DNA from: an uncultured Chloroflexia bacterium | Lineage (GTDB): Bacteria; Chloroflexota; Limnocylindria; Limnocylindrales; CSP1-4 | Length of the DNA stretch: 64,000 nt | Direction: 5' to 3' | Assembly: GCA_963713975.1 (NCBI GenBank) | Contig: OY970218.1 | Location: 2,800,189 to 2,864,188, forward strand | In this document: positions 17,765 through 26,214 of the stretch, one piece after another | Position numbering within the stretch: position 1 is the stretch's first letter | How the letters are laid out: each line of letters begins with the position of its first letter | Translations under genes and position numbers: made by a program | The notes under the pieces: model-generated | What the model was told of the DNA's origin: nothing | The model's database searches: none | The model's input: the letters and a program-made list of their open reading frames with translations, nothing else

Positions 17765-18924
17765 CGCACCGCCTCCTCGCTCGCCACGAGCGCCTGTTGG
17801 GCCGCCGCCACGGCGGCTCCCGGCGTGACCTCGAGGCCGACCTCGATCGCGGTTGCCTCCATGGCGCCGATCGCGGCCAGGATGTCGTCGGTGGTGACCG
17901 AACCCAGGTGGCCGAGCCGGAAGATCCTGCCCTTGAGCTTGCCCTGCCCTCCCGCGAGGACCAGGCCGCGTCGCTTCAGCCCCGCGTTGAAGGCCTTCCA
18001 GTCGAGCGTCTCGGGAATCCAGGCTGCGGTGACGGTCCTGCTGGCCACGTCGTCCCCGGCGAGGAGATCGAAGCCCATGGCGCGGAGGCCGGCCCGCGTC
18101 ATCGTCTGGCAGGCAGCGTGACGGGTGAAGACCCCGTCGCCCTCGGCCTGCATCAGGCGGAGGCCCTCGTCGACCTGGTACATCACGGCAACGGCCGGGG
18201 TCCAGGGTGTCTCGCCGTTCACGGCCGTGTCACGGTGGCGCTTGAGGTCAAGGTAGAAGCGCGGCATCCGCGCGGTCTCGCCCGCGGCCCAGGCCCTCGG
18301 CCCCACTGCGGCCATGGCCATGCCCGGGGCGCTCATCCAGGCCTTCTGCGATCCCGTCACGACCAGGTCGAGGCCCCAGTCGTCCATCGCGAACGGGACG
18401 GCGCCCAGCGCCGAGATCGCGTCCACGAGGATCAGCGCGTCGGGTGCGACCTCGCGGATCGCTGCCGCCTGTGCGCCGATGTCGCTGGTGACGCCAGTCG
18501 AGGTCTCATTGTGGGTCAGGAGGACGGCCCGCAGGCCCGCGATCGCGGCCGCGGCTTCCCGCACCGCACCGGCCTCGGGTGCCCGGCCCCACTCGACCTC
18601 GAGCCTGGTCACGGCGGCGCCGTAGACCTCGGCAACCTTGGCGAACCGGTCGCCGAAGGAGCCCATGGTGACGGCCAGGACGGCGTCGCCGGGCGACAGG
18701 ACGTTGACGACCGCCGCCTCGAGGGCACCGGTGCCCGCGCAGGTGAGGAGGATCACCTCGTGCTGCGTGCCGAAGAAGGGCTTCATGCCGGCCTCGACCC
18801 GCCGCAGGAGCGACTTGAACTCGTCGCCACGGTGGTTGACCATCTGGCGTCCGCCGGCCTCCCGCACGGTGGGCGGGAGGGCGGTGGGCCCGGGGATGCG
18901 GAGGTTGGGTTCGAAGCGGGTCAT
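17761..18924 (-). CDS. Class V (PLP) aminotransferase, SerC-type or serine-glyoxylate-aminotransferase-like
   Basis: MTRFEPNLRIPGPT N-terminus and the ...GSQKAW... PLP-lysine region of class V aminotransferases. AGGAG RBS 9 nt upstream. Stop overlaps the serA ATG (ATGA). Confidence 0.75.
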   Translation of the reverse strand: MTRFEPNLRIPGPTALPPTVREAGGRQMVNHRGDEFKSLLRRVEAGMKPFFGTQHEVILLTCAGTGALEAAVVNVLSPGDAVLAVTMGSFGDRFAKVAEVYGAAVTRLEVEWGRAPEAGAVREAAAAIAGLRAVLLTHNETSTGVTSDIGAQAAAIREVAPDALILVDAISALGAVPFAMDDWGLDLVVTGSQKAWMSAPGMAMAAVGPRAWAAGETARMPRFYLDLKRHRDTAVNGETPWTPAVAVMYQVDEGLRLMQAEGDGVFTRHAACQTMTRAGLRAMGFDLLAGDDVASRTVTAAWIPETLDWKAFNAGLKRRGLVLAGGQGKLKGRIFRLGHLGSVTTDDILAAIGAMEATAIEVGLEVTPGAAVAAAQQALVASEEAVR

Positions 18925-18998
18925 GGGGGAAGTCTCCTGGGTCGCAAGGGGATGCCCTGCATGGTGCCCGACGTGACACGATGCGTCCACCAAGGTAT

Positions 18999-19012
18999 AT
19001 ATGACGTCATAT
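18999..19012. promoter_or_regulatory. 14-bp perfect palindrome ATATGACGTCATAT overlapping the vapB start codon; probable antitoxin autoregulatory operator and divergent promoter element
   Basis: The only AT-rich stretch (tatatatgacgtcatat) in this part of a very GC-rich window. It lies between the divergent serine operon and vapBC. Confidence 0.35.
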
Positions 19013-19259
19013 GGCCACGATCCGGACGACGATCCTCCTCGATGCCGACCTGATGGACCGGCTCGAACGCCACGTGCGCCGGCAGTCCAGCACCAAGACC
19101 GCCGTGATCGGGGCCGCGATCGAGGCGTGGCTGGACTCCCACGAGGCCACCCCGGAGTTCCCGTTCCTGGGGATCGGACGCAGCTCCCATGGCCGTCTCT
19201 CGCTGGACGGGCGATCGGTCACGCGGCGCGAGGCGGGCCGGCGACCCGGGGACCGCTAG
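19011..19259 (+). CDS. vapB: Ribbon-helix-helix antitoxin (VapB/CopG-like)
   Basis: 82 aa. N-terminal RHH (TTILLDADLMDRLERHVRRQSSTKTAVIGAAIEAWL). Its stop abuts the PIN gene start. Confidence 0.6.
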   Translation: MATIRTTILLDADLMDRLERHVRRQSSTKTAVIGAAIEAWLDSHEATPEFPFLGIGRSSHGRLSLDGRSVTRREAGRRPGDR

Positions 19260-19673
19260 GTGGCGATCCTGCTCGACCCGTCGGCGGTGGTGGCGGCAGC
19301 CGACGTCTCGGATCTCAACCACCGCGCGGCGGTCGCCTGGTTCTCACGGGCCGATGAGCCGCTGCTGCTCGGGGCACTCGGTCTCGCAGAGCTGGACCTG
19401 CTGCTCCAGCGGGAGCTGGGAGCGGCCGCGACGGATGCGGTGATCCAGGCGGTCATCGCGGACGCGATCCGCCTGGTCCCGCCCACGACGGAGGACCTGG
19501 CCCGCGCGGTGGTCCTCATGCGGGAAGCGGCCGAGCATCGGCCGAGGCTCGCGGACGCGCTGCTCGTGGCCAGCTCGGAGCGGCTCGGCGTCCGTCGGGT
19601 TGCCTGCTTCGATCGGCGGCCACTCGCGGTCTTCCGGCCGCGCCACGTGCGGAACCTCGACTTCGAGCCCTAG
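19260..19673 (+). CDS. vapC: PIN-domain toxin (VapC-like ribonuclease)
   Basis: 137 aa. Conserved N-terminal Asp (ILLDPSAVVA) and downstream acidic residues of the PIN fold. GTG start 1 nt after the vapB stop. Confidence 0.6.
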   Translation: MAILLDPSAVVAAADVSDLNHRAAVAWFSRADEPLLLGALGLAELDLLLQRELGAAATDAVIQAVIADAIRLVPPTTEDLARAVVLMREAAEHRPRLADALLVASSERLGVRRVACFDRRPLAVFRPRHVRNLDFEP

Positions 19674-19679
19674 GAATCG

Positions 19680-19705
19680 AAACGGGGCCGGCGGACCGGC
19701 CCCGT
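19680..19705. terminator. Bidirectional stem-loop (11-bp perfect stem AACGGGGCCGG, 4-nt loop) between convergent vapC and the RDD gene
   Basis: aacggggccgg-cgga-ccggccccgtt is a perfect inverted repeat. No strong U-tract. Confidence 0.4.
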
Positions 19706-19739
19706 TCGTTGGGCTGCTGGGGGTGGATCGCCGGACGCG

Positions 19740-20456
19740 CTAGGCGACGCGCTTGACGACCACCGTGCTGGCCTTGAGGTCATGGAAGCCCTGGCGCTTG
19801 GCGTGCTGGGACGTCGTCCAGATGAGGAACACGAAGTAGGCGAAGGTCGCGAGGCTGATCAGCGTGCCCAGGATCGCGATGTCGGTCGCTCCAAGCACCA
19901 TCTGGACCACGCTGGCCAGGACGAAGACGCCGTACAACCAGCCCCAGCGAGCGATCGCCTGGTTGCGGGTGAGGGTGGCGCCGTCGGCTGCGTTCACCGT
20001 CTGGAGGTTGAGGGCCTTCTGGCCCAGGGATGCCCGCATCGCGGGATTGGTCCAGCCCCACACGAAGTAGACCGCAGACAGGAACAGGGTCGCGGCACTC
20101 AGCAGGAAGGTCGCGATGAGCACGAGGAAGAACCCGCCGGTGAGCAGGAACCCGAACAACAGCGCTCCCAGGGCGATCGAGATGAACGCCGACAGGATCC
20201 CAAGCAGGATGGCATCGATGATGAAGGCGATGACGCGGGTGGTGAGGTCCGCGTACACGATCCCCGGCGCAGGGCCGGCGGCGGCTGCCACGGGCTGGTA
20301 GTTGGACGGGACCTGGAAGCCGGCCGGCGCCTGCCCCTGAGCGGGCGGAGGCGGTGTCTGCCAGCTGCCGCCGTCCTGGGGCGGCGCCTGGGCGGGCGGT
20401 GGCGCCTGCGGAGGCGGAGCCTCAGGAGTCGGAGCACCCTCGATGGGATCTGACAT
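19740..20456 (-). CDS. RDD-family membrane protein with Pro-rich N-terminus
   Basis: N-terminal low-complexity PPPQAPPPAQAPP region. Then a YADLTTRVIAFIIDAILLG-type RDD domain with 3 TM segments. Confidence 0.65.
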   Translation of the reverse strand: MSDPIEGAPTPEAPPPQAPPPAQAPPQDGGSWQTPPPPAQGQAPAGFQVPSNYQPVAAAAGPAPGIVYADLTTRVIAFIIDAILLGILSAFISIALGALLFGFLLTGGFFLVLIATFLLSAATLFLSAVYFVWGWTNPAMRASLGQKALNLQTVNAADGATLTRNQAIARWGWLYGVFVLASVVQMVLGATDIAILGTLISLATFAYFVFLIWTTSQHAKRQGFHDLKASTVVVKRVA

Positions 20457-20711
20457 CGTCTACCTCCCTGTCCGGCTCCCCGTGGGCCGGGATCACGCCA
20501 GCATAGATCGCCGCGCGACGCGTGGGTAGCCCATTTGTGCGTGCGGTTCCGTTGCGCAACACTGGCGACGGCGTCGTGGCCGAAACATGAATCTCGCGAT
20601 TGAATCGACCCGAGTTCGGTCAACCACGGTCAGACGGGTTGAATCCGGGCGTGATCGTGTCATGATCGAGGCGTCAGACATCCCCGCAAGCCCTCAGGAG
20701 TCGAGCATAGA

Positions 20712-21020
20712 ATGCGTATCCGCAGTGCCAAGATCGAGGAGTTGACGCCCATCAAGCGTGAGCGCGCACTGTCACCCCGGCAGCTCGCGGCGCTGCAGCG
20801 CGACGAGGAGATCCGCAAGGCTCTGGCCCGCCTCAAGAGCGACGACGACATCATCGCGATCGAGCTCGACCCGGCCGAGAAGATCCCCACCATGCGCGCG
20901 GCCGTGAAGAAGGCGATCGCCGCGCACAGGCCGGGAACGTCGATGGCCATCCGCGGCCGGACGATCTATGTCTCCACCGGCAGCCTGCCGGGTGGTCGCG
21001 GACGCAAGCCAAAGGCCTGA
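20712..21020 (+). CDS. Hypothetical small basic protein
   Basis: 102-aa ORF. No family recognised. Confidence 0.3.
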   Translation: MRIRSAKIEELTPIKRERALSPRQLAALQRDEEIRKALARLKSDDDIIAIELDPAEKIPTMRAAVKKAIAAHRPGTSMAIRGRTIYVSTGSLPGGRGRKPKA

Positions 21021-21100
21021 CCGGGGCGCGCCGGGGGCGTCGCATGCAGGTCGTGTCACGCGTCTCTGGTGCCTGAGCCACCCGCGGAGGCAGCCCCACG

Positions 21101-22030
21101 ATGTCCACCCGATCCAGGCGCCACATTCCGTGGGCGCGACTCGCGCTGGTCGCGGCCGTGCTGGCTGCGGTCGCCGTGGTGGCGGTCTGGGCCAACGTCC
21201 TGGGGGCCGCCGACAGGCTGGCCGGCGTCGCCCGGCGCATCGAGCTGTTCATCGACCCGCCGCCGGACCGTCCGATCGACGAGGCGATCTTGGTCACGCC
21301 CCGGCCGATCCCGACGGCGGCACCCGCGTCCTCGGCCGCTCCCTCGCCCGTGATCGTGCTCGCACCCGGGCGGACGGCCGCTCCCTCGCCCAGCCCGTCC
21401 CCGTCCCCGCGGCGGGTCGCGGTGGATGTGGACCTGCTCAAGAACCCCGCCAGACGGTTCGTGTCCCAGGTCGACCACGAGTGGTGCGCGGTCGCCGGCA
21501 CTCAGATCGTGCTCGCCATCAACGACAAGGCCCCTGTGACCAACGCCTTCCAGCGGGAGCTCGCGGGTCGCATCGAGGAGTGGGAGAGTCGGCGCGACAG
21601 CCGGAACGGCGGCTGGGGGCCGGCCGCGATGGTCGCGGCCCTCGAGGCGTACGGCGTCCACGGCTACGAGGTGCGTGCCTACCAGACCCGCCAGGACGCG
21701 CTGAGCGATGCCGCCCGGACGATCGGATCGCTCCGTGCCCCGGTGCTGCTGCTCGCCTGGCGTGGCGCGCACACCTGGGTCATGACCGGCTATCGGGCGG
21801 ACGCCGACCCGTTGGTGTTCGAGGACGCGAAGGTCAGCGGCGCCTACATCCTCGACCCGTGGTACCCGAGCGTCTCGTCGATCTGGGGTCCGTCCGACCC
21901 GCCGGGGACGTTCCAGGACATGGCGGAGATGCGCCGCAACTACCTGCCGTGGGATCGGCCCGAGGGCAAGTACCCGTCCCGCGACGGCCTGTTCATCGCG
22001 GTGGTGCCAACGGAGCCGCTCAGCCGGTAG
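21101..22030 (+). CDS. Membrane-anchored protein with C39-like (papain-fold) cysteine peptidase domain
   Basis: N-terminal TM, Ser/Pro-rich linker (SPSPSPSP). Q...HEWCAVAG (Gln/Cys), WRGAHTWVMTGY (His) and ILDPWYP (Asp) are arranged as in Peptidase_C39-like domains. Confidence 0.45.
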   Translation: MSTRSRRHIPWARLALVAAVLAAVAVVAVWANVLGAADRLAGVARRIELFIDPPPDRPIDEAILVTPRPIPTAAPASSAAPSPVIVLAPGRTAAPSPSPSPSPRRVAVDVDLLKNPARRFVSQVDHEWCAVAGTQIVLAINDKAPVTNAFQRELAGRIEEWESRRDSRNGGWGPAAMVAALEAYGVHGYEVRAYQTRQDALSDAARTIGSLRAPVLLLAWRGAHTWVMTGYRADADPLVFEDAKVSGAYILDPWYPSVSSIWGPSDPPGTFQDMAEMRRNYLPWDRPEGKYPSRDGLFIAVVPTEPLSR

Positions 22031-23396
22031 GTCCGGCAGCCACCGGTCCGTCGCCTCGATGCACGCGCCGGCCGAGCGCCAGGCCCTGCAGGACCACCCG
22101 GACCGCGGTCCCGGCTGCGAACCCCAGCGGGATCGCGAGCACGCCGGCGGGCTCGAGGAACACCAGCGTCGTCGCGATCGTGACCCCGAACCCCGCCAGC
22201 GACGCGAGCACCGGCAGGACGGTGTTGTGGGTCGCGTACAGGCCGCGTGCCGTCAGGTGACCGAGTGCGTCGAAGGGCACGGCTAGGGCGAAGACAGCCA
22301 GCACTGCCGAGGTCGTGCGGACGTCCTCCTCGTCGAAGGCACCGCCACCGAGGAGCACCTCGATCGCCAGCCCGCCGACGATCGCCAGCCCGATCGCCGC
22401 CGCCACGCTGAACAGCCCGATCGTGATGGCGTTGCGCCGCACCTCGCGCCAGAAGCCGGATCGATCGCCCGCTGCCCACGACGTGGACAGGCCGGGGAAG
22501 GCGGCCAGCGCGATGGACACCCCGAACAGGGCCACCGGCACGCTCTGGAAGTTGCGCGCGAAGCTCACCGACGAGACGCTGCCGGCGGCGAGCGTGGTCG
22601 CCACGCTGGTGAAGAACAGGAACGTGAGCGGCTCGATGGGGTGACTGAGCATCTTGGGCACCATCAGGCGCAGGAACTCGTGCAGGGCCGGCATGTGGAG
22701 ATCGAGGCGTGGACGGATCCGCACCGACGACTGGCGCACGATCCCGATGACGCGGATCCCGAGATGGAGGACGGCGCCCATCACCGCTCCCACGGCCGCT
22801 GCCCGGATCCCCATCGAGTCGTGGAACAGCAGGGTGCCGGCGACGATGCCGACGTTGTAGAGGATCGGCGCCAGCGCGTAGTACAGGAACCGGCGCTCCG
22901 CGACCAGGATCTCGCCCAGCGCGATCGAGGCCGCGAACAGGACCGGCGTCACGAGCATCAACTGGAACAGCTCGAGGTACCGGGCGCGATTGGCGGCGTC
23001 GAACCCGGGGGCGATGAGGTTCGCGGTCTCGGGCGCAACGATCAGCAGCAGCAGGCAGACGACCGACATCACCAGTACGGCGAGGGTGAGGACCGTCTGG
23101 GCGAACCGCGACGCGGCGTTGGGGTTGTCGCGGCCGAGCGACGTGAACACGGGCACGAACGGGGCCGTCAGGCCGGAGGCGACGAGCACGTCCAGGGCCA
23201 GCTCGGGCAGGACGAAGGCCGCGTTGTAGGCGTCGAGCTCGGCGCCTGCGCCGTATGTTCTGGCGAAGATCCGGTCCCGCATCAGGCCGGCGGCGTAGCT
23301 GGCGAAGGTCAGGATCGCCAGCAGGATGGCGCCCTGGGGCAGGAAGCGTGCCGACAGCGCCCGGATCGCCAGCATCGGTCCCGTCGTCCTCCGCAT
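22020..23396 (-). CDS. murJ: Lipid II flippase MurJ (MviN)
   Basis: 14-TM MOP-superfamily protein with the MurJ N-terminal signature (ASYAAGLMRDRIFARTYGAG...LDAYNAAFVLP). Confidence 0.8.
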   Translation of the reverse strand: MRRTTGPMLAIRALSARFLPQGAILLAILTFASYAAGLMRDRIFARTYGAGAELDAYNAAFVLPELALDVLVASGLTAPFVPVFTSLGRDNPNAASRFAQTVLTLAVLVMSVVCLLLLIVAPETANLIAPGFDAANRARYLELFQLMLVTPVLFAASIALGEILVAERRFLYYALAPILYNVGIVAGTLLFHDSMGIRAAAVGAVMGAVLHLGIRVIGIVRQSSVRIRPRLDLHMPALHEFLRLMVPKMLSHPIEPLTFLFFTSVATTLAAGSVSSVSFARNFQSVPVALFGVSIALAAFPGLSTSWAAGDRSGFWREVRRNAITIGLFSVAAAIGLAIVGGLAIEVLLGGGAFDEEDVRTTSAVLAVFALAVPFDALGHLTARGLYATHNTVLPVLASLAGFGVTIATTLVFLEPAGVLAIPLGFAAGTAVRVVLQGLALGRRVHRGDGPVAAGPTG

Positions 23397-23496
23397 CGCC
23401 GCAGGCGCGGCGCCGGCCCTTCAGACGCGGCGCGCTCCACCGATGGGACGGTACCCGGTCGAGAAGGCTGGTGGAGGTCCCGGCGACCGCCCGCGG

Positions 23497-25014
23497 CTAC
23501 CCCTCGGCGTCGCGCCGCTCGGTGTCCGCGAGCTTCCGGCGACTCTCCTCGCGGGCTCGGGTGAGCTTGCCCGATGCGCCCATCCCGTCACCCGCCGGTC
23601 CCGGCACGGGGTCGCGCGGCGTCCGGCCGGCGGCCCGTGCCGCCTCGCGCTCGCCCGTCCGGAAGGCCATTCGCTCGCCGATCGTCCGCTCGTAGCCCTG
23701 GTCCGACGGCAGGTAGTAGCGGCGGTCCGCAAGCTCGTCCGGCAGGTACTGCTGGTCAACGTCGTGCCCGGCGAACTCGTGCGGGTAGCGGTAGCCGACC
23801 CCGATCCCATGGTGCTTCATCCGGCGGTCCGCGGCGTTGCGCAGGTGGTTCGGGACGGGGAGCGAGCCACGTTCCACGACGTCACCGGCGGCCATCCAGT
23901 AGCCACCGCCGGAGCGGTTCGACTTGGGCGCCGTGGCGATGTAGATGGCCGCCTGCGCCATGGCGTAGGAGGCTTCCGGAAGGCCGATGTAGTCGAGGGC
24001 CTGCGCCGCCGCGACCGCAACCTGGAGCGCACGCGGGTCGGCGTTGCCCACGTCCTCCGATGCGCTGATGATCAGCCGTCGCGCGATGAACCTGGGGTCC
24101 TCGCCGGCCGCGATCATCGCCGCCAGCCAGTAGAGCGCGGCGTCCGGGTCGTTGCCGCGCAGGCTCTTGATGAAGGCGGACACAGTGTCGAAGTGTCCGT
24201 CGCCGGCCCGGTCGTAGCCGAGCACGCGCTGCTGGGCCGCGCCCTCGACATGGGCGAGGGTGGGGGAGAGGTGGCCATCGGGATCGACGGCGTCGTCGTC
24301 CTCCGCCAGGGCCACCGAGCCCTCGAGGATGTTGAGGGCCTGGCGCGCGTCGCCGCCCGCCACCTCCACCAGGTGCTCGAAGGGTTCCTGGGCCATCGCC
24401 ACGCCGCCACGCGGCCCGAACGCCCCGGCCAGGCCCCGCTCGGGATCCTCCAGCGCGCGCCGGCAGATCGCGGCCACGTCGTCGTCGGTCAGGGGTTCCA
24501 GCCGCCACACCCGCATCCGGGAGAGGAGCGCGGAGTTGACCTCGAAGTAGGGGTTCTCCGTCGTCGCCCCGATCAGGGTGACGGTGCCGTCCTCGACATG
24601 CGGCAGCAGTGCGTCCTGCTGGGCCTTGTTGAACCGATGGATTTCGTCGATGAACAGGACCGACCGTCCACCGTGGAGCGCCAGGCGGTCCTGGGCCTCG
24701 GCGATGGTCGCCCTGACCTCAGCGACGCCCGACATGACGGCAGAGACGGTGCGGAACTCGGCACCGACGGCGTCCGCGAGCAGGCGGGCGAGTGAGGTCT
24801 TGCCGGTGCCCGGCGGCCCCCACAGCAGCATCGAGGCCAGGTGGCCACGGGCGGTCGCGCGCCGGAGCGGGCCCCGCTCGCCGACCAGGTGACCCTGGCC
24901 CACGAACTCGTCGAGCGTGCGCGGGCGCATGCGGGCGGCAAGCGGCTGTCGCTCGGGCGGTGGCTTGAACAGAGCTTCGGGACGGGCGCCGGGAACGGCG
25001 CGCCTGGGCGGCAT
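23497..25014 (-). CDS. rarA: Replication-associated recombination protein A (RarA/MgsA AAA+ ATPase)
   Basis: [17 protein letters not shown] Walker A, sensor motifs, and the MgsA C-terminal domain. Has an extra approximately 50-aa basic C-terminal tail. Confidence 0.85.
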   Translation of the reverse strand: MPPRRAVPGARPEALFKPPPERQPLAARMRPRTLDEFVGQGHLVGERGPLRRATARGHLASMLLWGPPGTGKTSLARLLADAVGAEFRTVSAVMSGVAEVRATIAEAQDRLALHGGRSVLFIDEIHRFNKAQQDALLPHVEDGTVTLIGATTENPYFEVNSALLSRMRVWRLEPLTDDDVAAICRRALEDPERGLAGAFGPRGGVAMAQEPFEHLVEVAGGDARQALNILEGSVALAEDDDAVDPDGHLSPTLAHVEGAAQQRVLGYDRAGDGHFDTVSAFIKSLRGNDPDAALYWLAAMIAAGEDPRFIARRLIISASEDVGNADPRALQVAVAAAQALDYIGLPEASYAMAQAAIYIATAPKSNRSGGGYWMAAGDVVERGSLPVPNHLRNAADRRMKHHGIGVGYRYPHEFAGHDVDQQYLPDELADRRYYLPSDQGYERTIGERMAFRTGEREAARAAGRTPRDPVPGPAGDGMGASGKLTRAREESRRKLADTERRDAEG

Positions 25015-25039
25015 GGGGCGATGGTAGGCCCCGGCGGCG

Positions 25040-25438
25040 TCAGGCGCCGATCGGGATCACCTTGGTGACGTCGATCAGGATCCAGAGGACGAACAGGATG
25101 CCGAGCAGCAAGCTGGCGATCTTGACGATCTCCTTCACGTCGCGCGCGACGTAGGCGTATTCGACCGCCTCGCTCGCCGCGAGGGAGCCGGTCCGTCCGC
25201 TGGTGACCTCGCGTGAGCTGCGGTCACGGCTGCGAGTGCGAGCCTGCTCGGCGGCCTTCTCCTGGGCGAGGAGGTCGGCCTCGAGCTGCGCGGCGCGCTC
25301 GAGCTCCGCGTCGGAGAGTCCGGCGGGCTTGGAGGTGACGGCTGCCGGGGCGGCGGGAGCGGGCGTGGGGGACGCGGTCCGTCGCTCGATTCGCCGGCGC
25401 TGGCCGGGACGGCTGCTTCCGCGGGCGCGCTTCGCCAT
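25040..25438 (-). CDS. Hypothetical protein with C-terminal TM anchor
   Basis: 133 aa from ATG at 25438. Basic N-terminus, coiled-coil-like middle, hydrophobic C-terminus (IASLLLGILFVLWILI). Confidence 0.3.
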   Translation of the reverse strand: MAKRARGSSRPGQRRRIERRTASPTPAPAAPAAVTSKPAGLSDAELERAAQLEADLLAQEKAAEQARTRSRDRSSREVTSGRTGSLAASEAVEYAYVARDVKEIVKIASLLLGILFVLWILIDVTKVIPIGA

Positions 25439-25638
25439 GGCTCGGTCGGGGCCTCCACTGGGCGGCGGTCGCGGGCGCGACGCCGTCGGCGGGAGAGGAT
25501 ACACCGGTCGGCGATCCAGGGGCCTTCACGCGCTCTGTCCCGACCACGCCTGCCTGGCTACCGGGCCACGCGGGGAGTGCGTGGGGGGAGGGGATCGGCT
25601 GCTATCCTCGACCCGCCCCGCTCCACAGAGGACCCGCA

Positions 25639-26160
25639 TTGGACGACCTGAACCAGCTCGTGATTGACAACGCCGGCGCTATCGCGCTGGTCCTGGGCCT
25701 GGTCTGCCTCGTGCTCCTGGTGGCGGTGCTCCTGCTGGTCCGGCGGACCTCACGCCTCGATCAGCGGCTCGCCGGGATGACCAGGGGCGGCGACGGCAAG
25801 AGCCTGGAATCGACCCTGGAAGCGCACCTGGACAAGGTGTACGCCGTCGCCCGGCAGGTGGACGAGCTGGGCGCTCGAACCACGGTCCTGGAGCGGACGC
25901 AAACCTTCGCCTTCCAGCGGCACGGCCTCGTCCGCTACAACCCGTTCGAGGACACCGGCGGCAACCAGAGCTTCGCGCTCGCGCTGCTGGACCAGCATGG
26001 CGACGGGTTCGTCATCAGCAGCCTGCACACGCGCACGGCGACCCGCGTCTACGGCAAGGCGATCAACGGCGGCAAGGCGGAGGCAGCTCTGTCGGACGAG
26101 GAGGCGGAGGCGTTGCGCCTGGCGCTGGCCTCGGGAGCGGGACCCGCGAAGGCCGACTGA
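25639..26160 (+). CDS. DUF4446-like protein (N-terminal TM, conserved LVRYNPFEDTGGNQSFALALLD core)
   Basis: 173 aa. The motif pattern matches my recollection of the DUF4446 family. Confidence 0.4.
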   Translation: MDDLNQLVIDNAGAIALVLGLVCLVLLVAVLLLVRRTSRLDQRLAGMTRGGDGKSLESTLEAHLDKVYAVARQVDELGARTTVLERTQTFAFQRHGLVRYNPFEDTGGNQSFALALLDQHGDGFVISSLHTRTATRVYGKAINGGKAEAALSDEEAEALRLALASGAGPAKAD

Positions 26161-26214
26161 TTCCATGCGACCCGTGACACCGGAGCTGGCACGGGCTCGT
26201 ACCAGGATCGGGTC

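Noticed and set aside
15896-18121. 741-aa plus-strand ORF
   Set aside because: Antisense to serA and the aminotransferase. Arg/Gly-rich noise.
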